From Yuukianura sp. NJ FZ-2021 (lineage: Eukaryota), in the NCBI GenBank assembly GCA_046563655.1, contig CM102285.1:4650001-4714000 (forward strand): 64,000 nt of DNA. Reading direction: 5' to 3'. Shown here piece after piece: positions 16,291 through 28,970 of this stretch. The notes beneath the pieces were generated by a model. It made no database searches. It was given only the letters and a program-made list of their open reading frames with translations, and was not told the origin of the DNA. The position numbers and the translations under genes are program-made. Position 1 is the stretch's first letter; every line of letters starts with the position of its first letter.

Positions 16291-16713
16291 ATGCACAGGA
16301 GTGCTCATGCTAACTCGCGAATCACTGCGTTGGATGTCAAATTTGAGGCTCCTTCGCGGGTTTTTCTAAATTGGTATGGCGAAGTGGATGAGCCACTTCT
16401 GATACTCAATTCTCAAGTCGCCCCCACTCTTACTGACGTAATGCGAAATAATATATTGTAAATAAGAAATGCGTGGACTCTGACCCGATCAAGGTGGGTA
16501 AACAAGCAGATTGTTGATTGCTACAAGAGGTTATTCAGTAATTCTGGTTTCTGCGTTTCCTACGAAAATTCTCAAAAATGAAACCGACGCACGTCAGGCT
16601 TCTTTTCCATGGCAATTTTTTAAAATCAAATTCATTTTTTTCATGAAAGCTGAGATTTTATTAGAAAATTAAACTTAGAAAAACTGCATAAGTTAATATC
16701 ATTTGCCAAATTG

Positions 16714-17491
16714 CTATTGAGCTCTGCGTAGTGGGTCTCCGCCTAAAAGATACTGGTTTGCTTTTCCACTATTTCTAAATTTTCCCTTCAATGAACACAT
16801 TTTCTGGTTAAGGTATCTTATGCGTAAAAACGTCCGGACGCGAACATATTTCATGATGACCTTGGGGTCGACGTCAGGGAAGTCATGCATAACCATAACA
16901 TTAGCTTCTTTGTTCACTATTTGACCATGAAACCTGAAATCATCAAATCGAATTATTGTTTTTTTTAAATTCCAATTCGACGCAGTGTGGTGAATTCTTA
17001 TTTCTCACATTTCAAAGTAAACTTCCCATAGCTCTAAAAGTGCCATCATCCTGTCCGATGGGATAGTTAGCCCTCCGCGTGACACTTGATGATTCCAACT
17101 TTTTGGTAATCTTCAGTTGTTTCTTGGATTTCTTCCATTTCTGCCGAAAGGACATTTTCACTCTTCCATGACTTGTAGGAAATTTGCCTAGAAGAAGTTA
17201 AATGATATTTTTACCCATCACAATGAGAGAAGTGAAAGTAAAATGTTTTACCCTGTTCAATGTTGAGAGTTGGAAGCATGTTTTTAGGTAGTCGAACAGC
17301 ATCACGAGCAAGTTCAGGAAAATTACAGGAGCACACCCTGGAAGATTCCTTGAACTTAATTGAGAAAATGCTTTCCCATTGGTTACGAATCACTTGTCGT
17401 TTTAGAATTCGGAAAAACTTGCCTTTGACATTCCGCTCTGAACTTTGTAGGCGTTTTTCTCGCAGTCCGGAACTGAGCAACACACCACCAT
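16714..17491 (-). pseudogene. Internally deleted P-element/THAP9-type transposase remnant
   Basis: THAP domain MVVCCSVPDC...SF[frameshift]FRI...RNQWE...RVCSCNF...LPTL at 17491-17250, followed closely by C-terminal motifs VSRGGLTIPS (~17060-17090) and KYVRVRTFLRIRYLN; catalytic core absent; stop codon and frameshift present. Confidence 0.7.
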
Positions 17492-18296
17492 CAGGTAGTA
17501 ACTGGTTTAAGGTACTTAATTGAGTTTTAATTTAAACTGATGGGTTGACGGAGCGGACGCGGCAAAGGAAATTAAGGGACAACGATAATCAAAATACAAA
17601 ACTGGAGTAGTAAACAAAATTGGCGGAAAATTGTCGGAAAAAGATGTTTGCACTCAATTTTTTTAAAACTCGGAGGTATTGAACAACCTCTTGTAGCAAT
17701 AGAATTGGTTGCTATAGCAACCTTGGACCCAATCTTCAGTGCATCTCCTGTATGATTGGTTAGGCGCTCAAAAATCTACCACCACACTTTTCGCATTAGC
17801 ACACGCTGATAATCAAAACATCGGACAACTAGGTGACGAAAACAGTACCCTTCGTCCAGAAAACTTAGGTTTTCTGGATTTTCCCGAGGATTTCAGAAAC
17901 ATCTTACCGAAAACTTAAGCGCAAACATTTGTGCTCCGTAAGCAAGCATCCTTCTCTGGTAGGATTTCCCAAAACGTACGGTACCTTTGCAGCGGCATAA
18001 AGGAATTCGCAGGCACAAGTATACATCAAAAACACTAGTTTTACTAGTAACAACCGAAGAATCCAAGGTTTCTATAGCAACGGTTGCTTCACCCACCTGG
18101 GAAGAATCAATAAGCTTCAAATTTTTTAGTTTAGGTCCCGTGTATGGTTCGCGAGGACTGCACAACGGTAGTGAACAACTTTCTTAAACAAAGGTAAGTT
18201 CGCAATTGTTTTCGCAAAAGTTTCTTGTAATAAATACTAGTTCTTTTATTCTCGAAGTTTAAATCTGCAAAAACCCAATGTGATAATCTTATATAC

Positions 18297-18758
18297 ATGG
18301 CCAACGTTCGCGACCGAACTCAACGCGGGATCTACGAAGTTCATTCGTACATCACGATGAACAACGTGACCCCGGTCTACTGTTATGAATGGATGAAATC
18401 GGTCAATGCAAAACTTCTCAAAGACATCGACGGAGCAAGACTGAAATTCCAGCGGACATGCTCCATTGGACAGGAGAATTTCTCACCATCAAGTGTTCAG
18501 ACGTCTACTTTGACCATGGAGTGGTCACTTCCTTTACAGTTCAACGAAGAAAATTCATCATATCCTGACAGAGCAGGCGCTTCTAAGCGCGCCATTTGGC
18601 GTAATTGAGCACGTCGAACTTGGTCTTGGGTGTCATTACTCGGACGCAAGAACGGCAGAGTTCATGAGTCCCACAATGGACGTTCTGGTTATTATGGAGG
18701 TAAAGTTTCTGACTATACCACATGAACGGAAATTCTGCTTCTGTCAGTCCAACTTCCG
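18297..18758 (+). pseudogene. Unidentified degenerate coding fragment truncated by the LTR (possibly a retroelement ORF1)
   Basis: Overlapping open frames with coding-like composition (...ALLSAPFGVIEHVELG...VLVIMEVKFLTIP); ends at the LTR boundary; no firm family motif. Confidence 0.25.
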
Positions 18759-19451
18759 TGAAGAGTATTTTGCTCTTGTTCTGTGCTGGGCGGACTGTAA
18801 ACACCCAGGGTTCTTCAATGGACGGGAAACTAAAAGAGAAACACAACTGGGTGGACCCGAATACTGATGTATTGTATCAGACCCACTGTACACAAATGAA
18901 TGTCTTTGACCTTTGCTGTGACCCCAGGTAGATGGTTGGTTTTACTGGTTTATTGAAACAATGAACTGACTCCTGTTGGAGTAAAGACAATAGTAGAGGA
19001 TACCACACAAAGGAAAGGTTAGAGTCGTCTCTATAGGAGAGCAACGACGGACACAAGAGAGTTGACTCCGCAGAGGTCAACGGACACAAGAGTCGCCTCT
19101 GTAGAGGACGGCGGACACATGAAGACAGTGACTAGTTGAAAGAGAGAACACCAATGAAAGACTGTCCTCCCGAGAATCGCAGAGGACGGGAATTTATAGA
19201 GTAGCGGTCGACCTCAAGGGCTGACCTGGTCACAAGGAGGAAAAGACAGTTTGGGTTGGGTCGTAAATCCACCCCAATTGAAATGACGGTTTCTATGAAA
19301 AGACACAAAATGTAGGTTAAAACTAAAGAAGCTGACACGTGTAAACAAATGAAAGCATAAGTTAATCTTACTTCTAAGAAAGACTAAAATTAACATAGGA
19401 AACATAGGAAATTGCCTGAGACGACTCAGAAACCCTGAAAACGCTCCAACA
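18759..19451 (-). repeat. 3' LTR of the BEL/Pao-like element
   Basis: Direct repeat of 24438-25115; contains three ACGGACACA-type repeats. Confidence 0.85.
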
Positions 19452-22400
19452 TACCGCCACCCATGGCAAAACATCGGTTTTGCCATTAAACCCCAATTGA
19501 AATGAAGTTTAGAAAAACTAAAGGAAAGAATTGTCCCACTTCGTCGGAGGCTCAGATGGCAGGTCGGTGGGACTGTAAGGCAGGGCGAACCGTTAACCTC
19601 CTCCCCGTCAAAACTAAGGGTCGTCCCGTTTGCTTGACCTCCTGCCCCTTTCCAACCGAGAATGAACAACTACTTCCAGTAGCATGACACTGAATGAATT
19701 AAATGAAAACACGGTATGTTGCATTCTGGCTCGTCCCAAACCAGTGAAAGTTTGTGAAAACATAAAAGTTAAAAAGATGCTTAACTAAAGAGTTAAGGGA
19801 CATAAGAAAATACCTAACTAGTTGTCAAGCCACACAAGATGAAATGAAAACCAAATGAAAGTTAACCTAATTGCTAAGATACACAAACGAAATACATTGA
19901 AAGTACCTTAACCTAGTTGCTAAGTTACCGGACTATGAAAGAAAAGGACGTCTTGATTGAAGAGAGGCTCCTGAAGAGTCGACTCTGTTGTGGCAAGTAG
20001 CCGGACGTAATGATGGAATCCGAATGGTTTCCGTTCTGAATCTCCGAGTGACTGTAGTGTGCTCCTCGCGAGATGATCTTGAGTTCCAAATGTTGAGTCC
20101 CGCTGAATCTGTTGCTGCCGTCGTTCCCATCCAAACAACGATTGGGTGGTGAAAAGGCGATGATGGGTCGACCCGGTGAGAAGTGTCCAGGGAAGTTCCA
20201 AAGATGATAATGTGTTCTCCCGAGTGATCGCTGGTTCCGAGCACGATGCTGCTTCCAGTTGGGTCGAGCTCGAGACGAACAGTTCACGGTTGGTAGAGTG
20301 GCCAAGTTGCGATGATGGATTGATTGGACTGCGAGTGGTCCCATGACAGATCCATGACCCAGGGTAGAGTGGGTGTCGACTCTCATCCGGATTACTCTTC
20401 TGTTGAAGGGCCCACAAATGATTAGAAATCGGATGAGAGGATCCACCATGACATGAGTGTGTAGTAGTTCTTCCGTTGATACGAAAGACATCGAATGAGT
20501 TGAGGTCACGACGAGTTAGTCCACGTTCACATGAGAAAGAGGTTGGGTCGTCCCAAGGTGTACTTCGGTCCTTCCACTGAGTGGAACACTGGAGCAGCAA
20601 AGAGACAGCCTTGACACGTAACGCTGATGAGTCCTGAAAATAGTAACTCAAACACAAGTTACCGTTGGAGCCCGGTAGGACTCGCAACGACCTGATGAGA
20701 AAATGACAAAGTGAAATGTGAGTGTTACCGCCCTTGGGTTTTGACTCACTACCGTCTTGAACGGAGTTGAAAGTGCCAACAGTTGGGTTGCACTGGACAA
20801 GCACGAGCTGGGACGACCCAATGCAACCTGGCGTTGAATGGTCGTCTTCCAAATCGTTATGGTGAAGAGAACAAGTGATGGAAGCTCAGGAGAATTCGCC
20901 ACTCGCTGTGGAGGGTACTTCCGCCGTGTGTCCGTTTCCGTGGTTGTCGGTGGAGTGAAGTTGCCAATGAATCGGTGTCATACCCATTGTGGGATGACTC
21001 ATGGTGATGCCTGCAGTACCGTCCTTGACGGAGTAGAGGATGTTGACAATTGAATCCCGCTGAAGGAGAACCAATTGGGACGACCCAAGCGAACCCTGTG
21101 TTGCGTGGTCGTCTTCCATGTTGGCAAGGTCAAGAGAGCAATTGATGGAGGCACAGGAGAATTCGCCACTCGCTGTGGAGGGTACTTCCGCCGTGTGTCC
21201 GGTCCTGTGGTTGTGAGTTGAGTGGAGATGCCAATGTATCGTTGTCAAGCCTTGTGTAGGATGACTCATGCTGTGGTCTGGATCTGAAATCAAATGATTA
21301 GTATTCACGTCTTCATGACGGAGGTTCAGTTGGGACGACCCAAGTAACAACTCGCTCAATTTCTTGTGAACTGAGATGGCTAATTCGAATGAATCAGCGC
21401 TAAGTCTTAGATCGCCCTGATCATAGTTGTTTGTAGATCCATTGCATTCGTCTGTGTTTGTGAGACATTGGGACGACTCAATCAGTTTATCCAATCCCCT
21501 GTGGAATGGATTAGACGAGTTGAATGACTCGGCTCTGGTGATAAGTCCATCTGCTTGTCTGCTGCTGTGGATGTTGTGTCCACCTTGAATGAAATGTAAC
21601 ACCTGGAAAAAGTGTATCCAGGCGTCACTTAAATTAGATCCGGTTAGAACCGGTTTTTCGTAAATTCATTCATTTTGTTGTTTCCCAAAAATTAGCAGAT
21701 TTTAGAAAAATTAGTAGAGTCAAAAAGTGTCGTAAAATAGATAGTGAAGACTAGGGTTGAGACATTAATGGGATCAAAAGAGTTCAGCTCTAAATTTGCA
21801 GTTGCACTACGGCGCATAGGAAAACTCTAAGCTCAAGTCAACAGCAATTGAGATTGCTGATGGCTTGAACACGGTTTTAGATTATTAAAATACAAAGTTG
21901 CAAAATTTTCCAAAATTCGCGAAAATGATACAAAGTCAAAGTCGCAGGGTAGCAACCAAAAGTAACATCTATAAATATAGGGTGCAAGCATGCAGACGAT
22001 CATTTCCTTCAGTTAGATTTTCAGTTTAAGTTTACTTCTTAGCTTTTACTCTCAAATTAAATTTTCGAAATTTTAAAGTTCAAACTTCCTTTTTAAGAAA
22101 AATAAAATTTCGAAACCAAAATTTCGATTCGCTTCGCCACTTCACTCTTCATCATTTCTTCCTGCCACCAAGGGACAACATTGAGATCATTCACTGCGGC
22201 TTGGACCACTCAAGCAGTTAAGGAAACAAAAAGCCAAGGTACATAACAAACAAAACTTGACAATTAGATTATTGGTTAGGGATTTAAGGGACTGGGACTG
22301 GGACGGGTGCAGGGCCTGTCGGCTCCTGGACGGTTTTACCGTCAAAAGGTTAGGGTTCCCGCCCTCGGATTTCCCTTCGTGTTCCTCGCACCTCCGACGC

Positions 22401-23852
22401 GGGTAGTTGCGACTAACCCAAGGAGGTGGGGAGCACAGCTAAGTGGGCCCCTTTTCTTTTAGGAGTCCCTTCAGCGTCCACTCCGCGCCACCGACGCGGG
22501 TAGTCCGAGACTGCCCAAGGTGGCGAAGTGGGTCTGCTGAACGGAACTGCAGGACCCCTTAATGGTAAAAACTTCGATACCTACAAATACAATTGGCCTT
22601 TTCAGCGCCAGGTGACCACGCCCCTCCGCTAAGTGGTCGTCAGGGTAGGGCACTTATTCGAAGTGACCCCTTGACCTTTATGACCCTTACAGAAACCTCC
22701 TCCCTTATCTCTGATGTGGGCAGGAGCATCGACATTGAAAGAGTCTTGGGTATTTGCCTCCCAATGACTAACACACGATTGAGACGACTCAAATCCTTTA
22801 TCCATTCCACTGTGTGTTGGATTAGCTTTGCCCACTGACAAAGCTCTAGACTTGAGGCGATTAGAAAGACTGTGGCTTTGAATAATCGACAGAGCTGGGC
22901 TGTATACACCTTCCTGACTGATTTGACTGATTTGGATAGGAGCGTTTCTTCCAAAGGCTTGAGACGACTCAACACCGTTATCAAGCTTCTGTTGAAGTTG
23001 ATTAGGCAAATCAGTTGATTCTACCTGTGACTTGAGATCGTCTTGACTGCTGCTGTCTTCTTGGATGCTGAGTGATCCAACTGAAGACGTCGTTCCACCC
23101 TCACTGATTAGGGTAGGATGAACTGTGATAACGGTAGACGGCACCTCATGAGACTTTGCTTCCCAATGGCAACCGAGAAATTGAGACGACTCAACTCGTG
23201 TGTCCAATCCCCTGTGAACTGGATCAGGTAAATCCGCTGACTCGACCTTACGTGTTAGTCCATCTCCACAACCACCATTATCTGTCTTGTAACTTCCTTC
23301 GTCTCCGTTTGAGAGCAAAGGCCATGAATTTGCATTTGAACTTGTTACATTACCCACTGCACTATGGGCCGGGTAGGCCTCGTGGCTGGTATTTAGTCGA
23401 TGTAAGCGATTTTAGTGTTGCAGGCCTAAAAGTCTCTCCAGTAGGTGGACTTTTTTCACGCAAGGGCTAAGCTTTAGGGCCCTTCGTCATTTCATTATGG
23501 CAAGCGGAAGTTGGGATATAGCATTGCAGTGTATGGGCTTGTAGTAAATCAGCCCGTTCCCCTAGGTTCCACTATGTATTTTGAAACTCTAAGCGCTAAT
23601 AGGAAGGTCATACTCTATAGAGCATACACTGCTTCCCTTTTTGCATTTTCGCAGTAGTGCGTCTGAAACGGCCTATCGAAGGTCACCAGAGGTCAAGAGG
23701 TCATCCTATGACGACCCCACACAAACAAGGTGTCGTTGGAAAGCTCGTGACCTGCTGATTCCGAAAATATATAGGTCTCAATACTTTGGTTCAGCCGTTT
23801 AGTCGTAAGGGGTCACTGACTACATGTTATATTATTTCACTTATTATAATTT

Positions 23853-24401
23853 TTACCAAACACAAAGCCTATCCGGCCCATAGTGCACTGATGATAAGTA
23901 ACCTTGCTCCGTGTCGACACGCTTCCCTTTCTGTCGGCAAGGCTCACGCTCGCATTTGGCTGTTGCAAATGGGGTTCCCGACGCTAAACCTGAAATGGCT
24001 CGAACAGACTGGAGTGTAACTGTGTGTTCCCTCACCTGCACGAGAGCTGCTGCCAAGGTGACGTTCTGCGTACCGACATGATCAGTAGCCTCTGGTAAGG
24101 ATGATGACCTTGCTGCCGCCATCCCATCTCGAATGAGAACTTTGCAGGAAAAGAGGATGTCTTCTACCTGGCCAAGTTCAGATATTTGGTCGTCCAAATC
24201 TTCCTCCGACTCCACTATGCTGATGAAACTGTCCTCAAGGTCTTCGAACTTGACCTGTAAATGAGCGACCCGATGAAACAGGATCTTCACTTCTGAGGGT
24301 GGGAGAGTTCCTGACGATACTTTCTGCTTGAGGTCGACCTCTTACCTTGTCAGTTCAGAGGCCAACCCTGTTCGGAGGTTGATGAGACCAATCTTCGCCA
24401 T
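23853..24401 (-). pseudogene. Gag-like N-terminal helical region of the BEL-like element
   Basis: MAKIGLINLRTGLASELTR*...LQVKFEDLEDSFISIVESEEDLDDQISELGQVED lies immediately after the 5' LTR; in-frame TAA at 24342-24344. Confidence 0.55.
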
Positions 24402-24437
24402 TTGAGGTTGGGAGAAAACCTGTTCACTGATTAAAAA

Positions 24438-25115
24438 TGAAGAGCAGTTTGCTCTTGTTCTGTGCTGGGCGGACTGTAAACACTCAGGGCACCTTAATGG
24501 ACGGGAAACTAAGAGGGATACAATACTATTGTATTGTATCAGACCCACTGTACACAAATGAATGCCTTTGACCTTTGCTGTGACCCCAAGTTGATGGTTG
24601 GTCTTACTGGTTTATTGAAACAATGAACTGACTCCTGATGGAGTAAAGACAATAGTAGAGGATACCACACACAAAGGAAAGGTTAGAGTCGTCTCTATTG
24701 TAGAGCAACGACGGACACAAGAGAGTTGACTCCGCAGAGGTCAACGGACACAAGAGTCGCCTCTGTAGAGGACGGCGGACACATGAAGACAGTGACTAGT
24801 TGAGAGAGAGAACACCAATGAAAGACTGTCCTCTCGAGAATCGCAGAGGACGGGAATTTATAGAGTAGCGGTCGACCTCAAGGGCTGACCTGGTCACAAG
24901 GAGGAAAAGACAGTTTGGGTTGGGTCGTAAATCCACCCCAATTGAAATGACAGTTTCTATGAAAAGACACAAAATGTAGGTTAAAACTAAAGAAACTGAC
25001 ACGTGTAAACAAATGAGAGCCTAAGTTAACCCTACTTCTTTGAAAGACTAAAATTAACATAGGCAACATAGGAAATTGCCTGAGACGACTCAGAAACCCC
25101 GAAAACGCTCCAACA
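24438..25115 (-). repeat. 5' LTR of the BEL/Pao-like element
   Basis: Direct repeat of 18759-19451; begins TGTTGGAGCG on the minus strand. Confidence 0.85.
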
Positions 25116-25336
25116 GGTACGTAAAGTGGCCGCCGACTTCTACGTTGTTAATTTAATATTTAAGTGCAATGTACACCTAGTGAAAACTCTTCAGCCGTAC
25201 ATAACCCCCCGACGACGGTAGGGCTTATGTTTCAGTGGAAAGTGTACTAAAAAGTGTGACGGACGGACAGACAGACAAAGTCGTATCAATAGTCTTCTTC
25301 ACCACGTCGTAGACGTGCGTCTCCAGAAAACTAAAA
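25116..25336 (-). mobile_element. Truncated DINE-1/HINE-like Helentron copy (cut by the LTR)
   Basis: Same terminal block and GACG/GACA microsatellite as the full copies; begins exactly at the LTR end. Confidence 0.75.
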
Positions 25337-25367
25337 AATTTAAATTTAAAACTACAAAATAATATCA

Positions 25368-26340
25368 AACAAGGTAGGGCGATGCTCAAGGGTTGAGCAT
25401 AGGTGTTCTGGACGGAGGTGACAATTGGTGCGACTTAAACTGGCCTGCCTCAAAACTGTACAAGAATTGAGAAACCGTTTTCATGGAGTTGATGCACCAC
25501 GTCGTTCAAAATTTTCAGTGCGGATGTAAGGTCCTATTTTGTGCATGAGTTGCACCAAAATTGGGTTGGCAATTCTACCATTTAATTGCACCAAAATCAT
25601 GTTCCACGTTTTCAGCCCCAAAATATTTGCACTGAATTGATGTTCTTAAATTGCTGAGCTAGATACACATAATGTATTGTCGGTGTTGCTATGGCAATGT
25701 AATATTGGCGAAAAGAGCGTAAACCAAACGGTATCAAAATAATGATATCGAAATTGAGATTTGTGCACGATGCACAAATTTGAACGCTGAAGACGATGGG
25801 TCGAATATGGGTCCCTTCTTTTAAATGGCAATCGGTTCATGAAAATGCACAGTGTGTTAAATTAAGTGCATAAGTTATAGAGCCGAAAATCGCTTGTTTA
25901 TCCTCAAATTATAAAAATTTGGTGCAAAGGCAAATTTGAACCATGCCAATCACTGTTTACGTATTACGAATTCAAGCCGAAATTTCCACCCTCTAATAAG
26001 TCTCAATTTAACAACGTAAGTTAACATATTGTCAGAAAATGAGCAGATCAAAACATCGTTGTTAAAAAACATTTTGAGTACAATGCAAACCTAACACAAA
26101 AATTTTGAGGACTTAAGAAACAGCAACGCGAAGCAGCCGCATACTTTGGCGTTGTTAATTTAACACTTTGAGTGGAATGTAGACCTACTGAAAACTCTTG
26201 AGCCAAAGATCACCCCCCGACTGCGATGGGGCTAATGTTTCAGTGGAAAGGCTCCTAAAAAATGTGACAGACAGACAGACAAAGTCGTATCAATAGTCTT
26301 CTTCAGCACGTCCTAGACGTGCGTCTCCAGAAGACTAAAA
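25368..26340 (-). mobile_element. DINE-1/HINE-like non-autonomous Helentron, full copy 1
   Basis: On +: AACAAG, hairpin ATGCTCAA-GGG-TTGAGCAT, subTIR, core, (GACA)n, then TAGTCTTC...CTCCAGAAGACTA; sits in A/T runs with no TSD. Confidence 0.8.
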
Positions 26341-26386
26341 GGGTTTCTTTCATCGTTAAAATTAATTATTTATTTAAAACTTTTAC

Positions 26387-27320
26387 AAACAAGGTAGGGC
26401 GATGCTCAAGGGTTGAGCATAGGTCTTCTGGAGGGAGTTGACAATTGATACGACATGTAGACCGGCCTACCGCAAAACTGTAGACGAACTGAGAAACCGT
26501 TTTCATGGAATTGAAGCTCTAAAACGTTGCTAAAAATTTTAGTGCAAATATGAGATCCTATTTTGTGCATGAGTCTTGGCAATTTTACCGGTTATTTAAA
26601 CCAAAATCATGTTAAAGCTTTGAGGCTCAAAATACTTGCTCTGAATTGTTGTTAAATTGGTGTGCACAAAATGCACAAAATTGAACGCTTAGAAGGAGTC
26701 AAATATCATTCTTGATTGATGTTCTTAATTTGTTGAAGAAGATGCACATAATGTATTGTCGATGTTGTCATGGCAATGCTCAGGGTAGTTCTCAAACCTA
26801 CACAAACCTTCAATTGTGTGCATCATGCACAAAATTGACGTTGATAGGAATATTCGAAAGTGGTTTCTTTAAAATCAAAACCAAAAATTCCTTGTGAATG
26901 CAATTTTGACCCATTTCATTCACTATTCACATATTAAACATGTAAGCCGGATTTTCTACCCTCTAACTAGGCTTAAATTAACAACGTAAATTAACATATT
27001 GTCGGAAAATGAGCAGATCAAAACTTCGTTGTTAAAAAATATTTTGAGTACAATCGAGACCAAAAATGTTTTGCGGAGCCACGATACTGCAGGTACGTAA
27101 AGTAGCCGCATACTTTGGCGTTGTTAATGTACGACTTTGAGTGAAATGTAGAGCTAATGAAAATACTTGAGCCATACATAACCCCCGACTGCGATGGGGC
27201 TAATGTTTCAGTGGGAAGAGTCCTAAAAAACGTGACGGACGGACGGACAGACAGACGGACAAAGTCGTATCAATAGTCTTCTTCAGCACGTCGTAGACGT
27301 GCGTCTCCAGAAGACTAAAA
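26387..27320 (-). mobile_element. DINE-1/HINE-like non-autonomous Helentron, full copy 2
   Basis: Same architecture; subTIR AGGTCTTCTGGAG is inverted to terminal CTCCAGAAGACTA; (GACG/GACA)n microsatellite. Confidence 0.8.
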
Positions 27321-27689
27321 CGATATTTCTTTTGTTTTCGTGGTGTATTTTGAATTGTTTATGCCTTTTGTACTTAATTAATTCAAACCCAGCGGGTAAA
27401 GGTCCACCCTTTTGGATTCATCCATTTCTTCTACTGGATATCCAGCCGTGGACGAAATGCCGAAACGGATATATGCCAACACTGGAAGGCACCAGTGCAT
27501 AATTTTGTCTCACGTTAGTCATCCTCATCATTGTGTTTCAAACACAAACTCTCACTCACATTACCTAAACGGCTCACGACATACAGGTACCGAGAGTGTG
27601 TCACAAGGCCATGATACTGGTTTGGGTATGTAGTCGGCGAAAGATCTCGAAATCCAGATAGGAGAGATTACCACTTTTCAATATAAAAA

Positions 27690-27812
27690 TAAACCGGTTG
27701 TAAACCGCGCATACTGATAATAGCTCAGAAATAAGGGGCTGCCCCCCAGGGGGTGTTCCCTATACTTCCCTCCCCCGTGGGGGTGGGGGTGTGTTCCCCC
27801 ACTTTCCCGCCC
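27690..27812. repeat. Interspersed GC-rich repeat with an inverted copy at ~39450-39625
   Basis: AAACCGGTTGTAAACCGCGCATACTGATAATAGCTCAGAAATAAGGGGCTGCCCC matches the reverse complement of 39567-39622. Confidence 0.7.
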
Positions 27813-28356
27813 CAGCAAATTGAAGTATATGACTATATAGTACATAGGCATCTGCGTCATTCTGGTGAAAGTTAAAGAACTTGTTCTGTGCAGTTTATTG
27901 GGCATTAGCTACGCTTAAGCCAGTCTGAATACCCTGTCCAGCCAGTTGTACTTTCGGCTCCGGAATTCAAGCAGGATGCTGGAATCCCAGAGCGGTACGA
28001 GTACGACCGGTTTGATACAATCCTTATTTTTATTAAAATAAGGGCTATCCTTATTTTTCTTGCGTTTCTCATACGTAGGTTTATGATTTGTGTTTGAAAA
28101 GAAAATTTTTGCAAATGATAGGGGTCAGGCAGAAGATGTAGACCGTAACCCCCCAAGGTGTTTATAGTTTATAGGTTATTTAAAGTTCGAAATTGTGAAT
28201 AAGTGTCGAGGGTTGGGTCCCTTTACAACCAAAGTTGGCAACACCGCTGCCAATTATAGATGTTGGTTTTAAGGTTTTTTAGTGACTTTCTTTTGATTAG
28301 GTTATGTTTTTAATTGATTTTAGGTTAATTTGCGTTGGGCTAGGCTAACCACGCAC

Positions 28357-28510
28357 ATATCCCCTTTTATGGATCCGATTTTGTAAGGGTCCGCTTTTGT
28401 AAGGATCCGCTTTTGTAAGTATCCTCTTTTGAAGGGTACAAATTTGTATAGTAGCTTTTGTAAATTATCCGCTTTTGTAAGAGTACGATTTTGTATATCC
28501 GCTTTTGTCG
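28357..28510. repeat. Minisatellite, ~17-bp unit (ATCCGCTTTTGTA core)
   Basis: About 8-9 degenerate tandem copies. Confidence 0.7.
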
Positions 28511-28529
28511 GCGAGTCTTTAGTATAATG

Positions 28530-28780
28530 GAAACGTAACACAAAATTTTGAGGATTTAAGAATCATCATCGAGAAGCAGTCGCCCAATTCTACGTTGTTA
28601 ATATTACACTTTGAGTGCAATGTAGACATACTGAAAACACTGCAGCCATACATAACCCCCCAGAACAGATGAGGGCTAATGTTTCAGCGAAAAAGATCCT
28701 AAAAAATCGAATGGGCAGACAAAGTCGTATCAATAGTCTTCTTCAGGATGGCGTAGATATGCGTCTCCAGAAAATTAAAA
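28530..28780 (-). mobile_element. Truncated, diverged HINE-like copy
   Basis: CAGACAAAGTCGTATCAATAGTCTTCTTCAG...GCGTCTCCAGAAAATTAAAA terminal block; the other end is missing. Confidence 0.7.
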
Positions 28781-28970
28781 TCAACTCTTCAATTAGCTGC
28801 TTGTGTTAGCTCCTTTCAACTAATACAACGTCAAAAAACGACTGTTAAGTGCACAACAACAAGCTGAACAACATTATCCTTGAACCGTCGACTTCTCGAG
28901 TGAAGGAGACTCCTGGGCGTTACTAATACACTTCGTCATCCGACGTTTCGACGTAATCTTCTGTCAACCC

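Larger units (their letters stand above)
18759..25115 (-). mobile_element. Non-autonomous BEL/Pao-like LTR retrotransposon with no recognisable pol
   Basis: Two diverged ~0.68-0.69 kb direct repeats with TG...CA ends; purine-rich GGGTGGCGGTA before TGTTGG of the 3' LTR; gag-like N-terminus at 24401 with an in-frame stop; no RT, RNase H or integrase motifs; no TSD. Confidence 0.7.
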
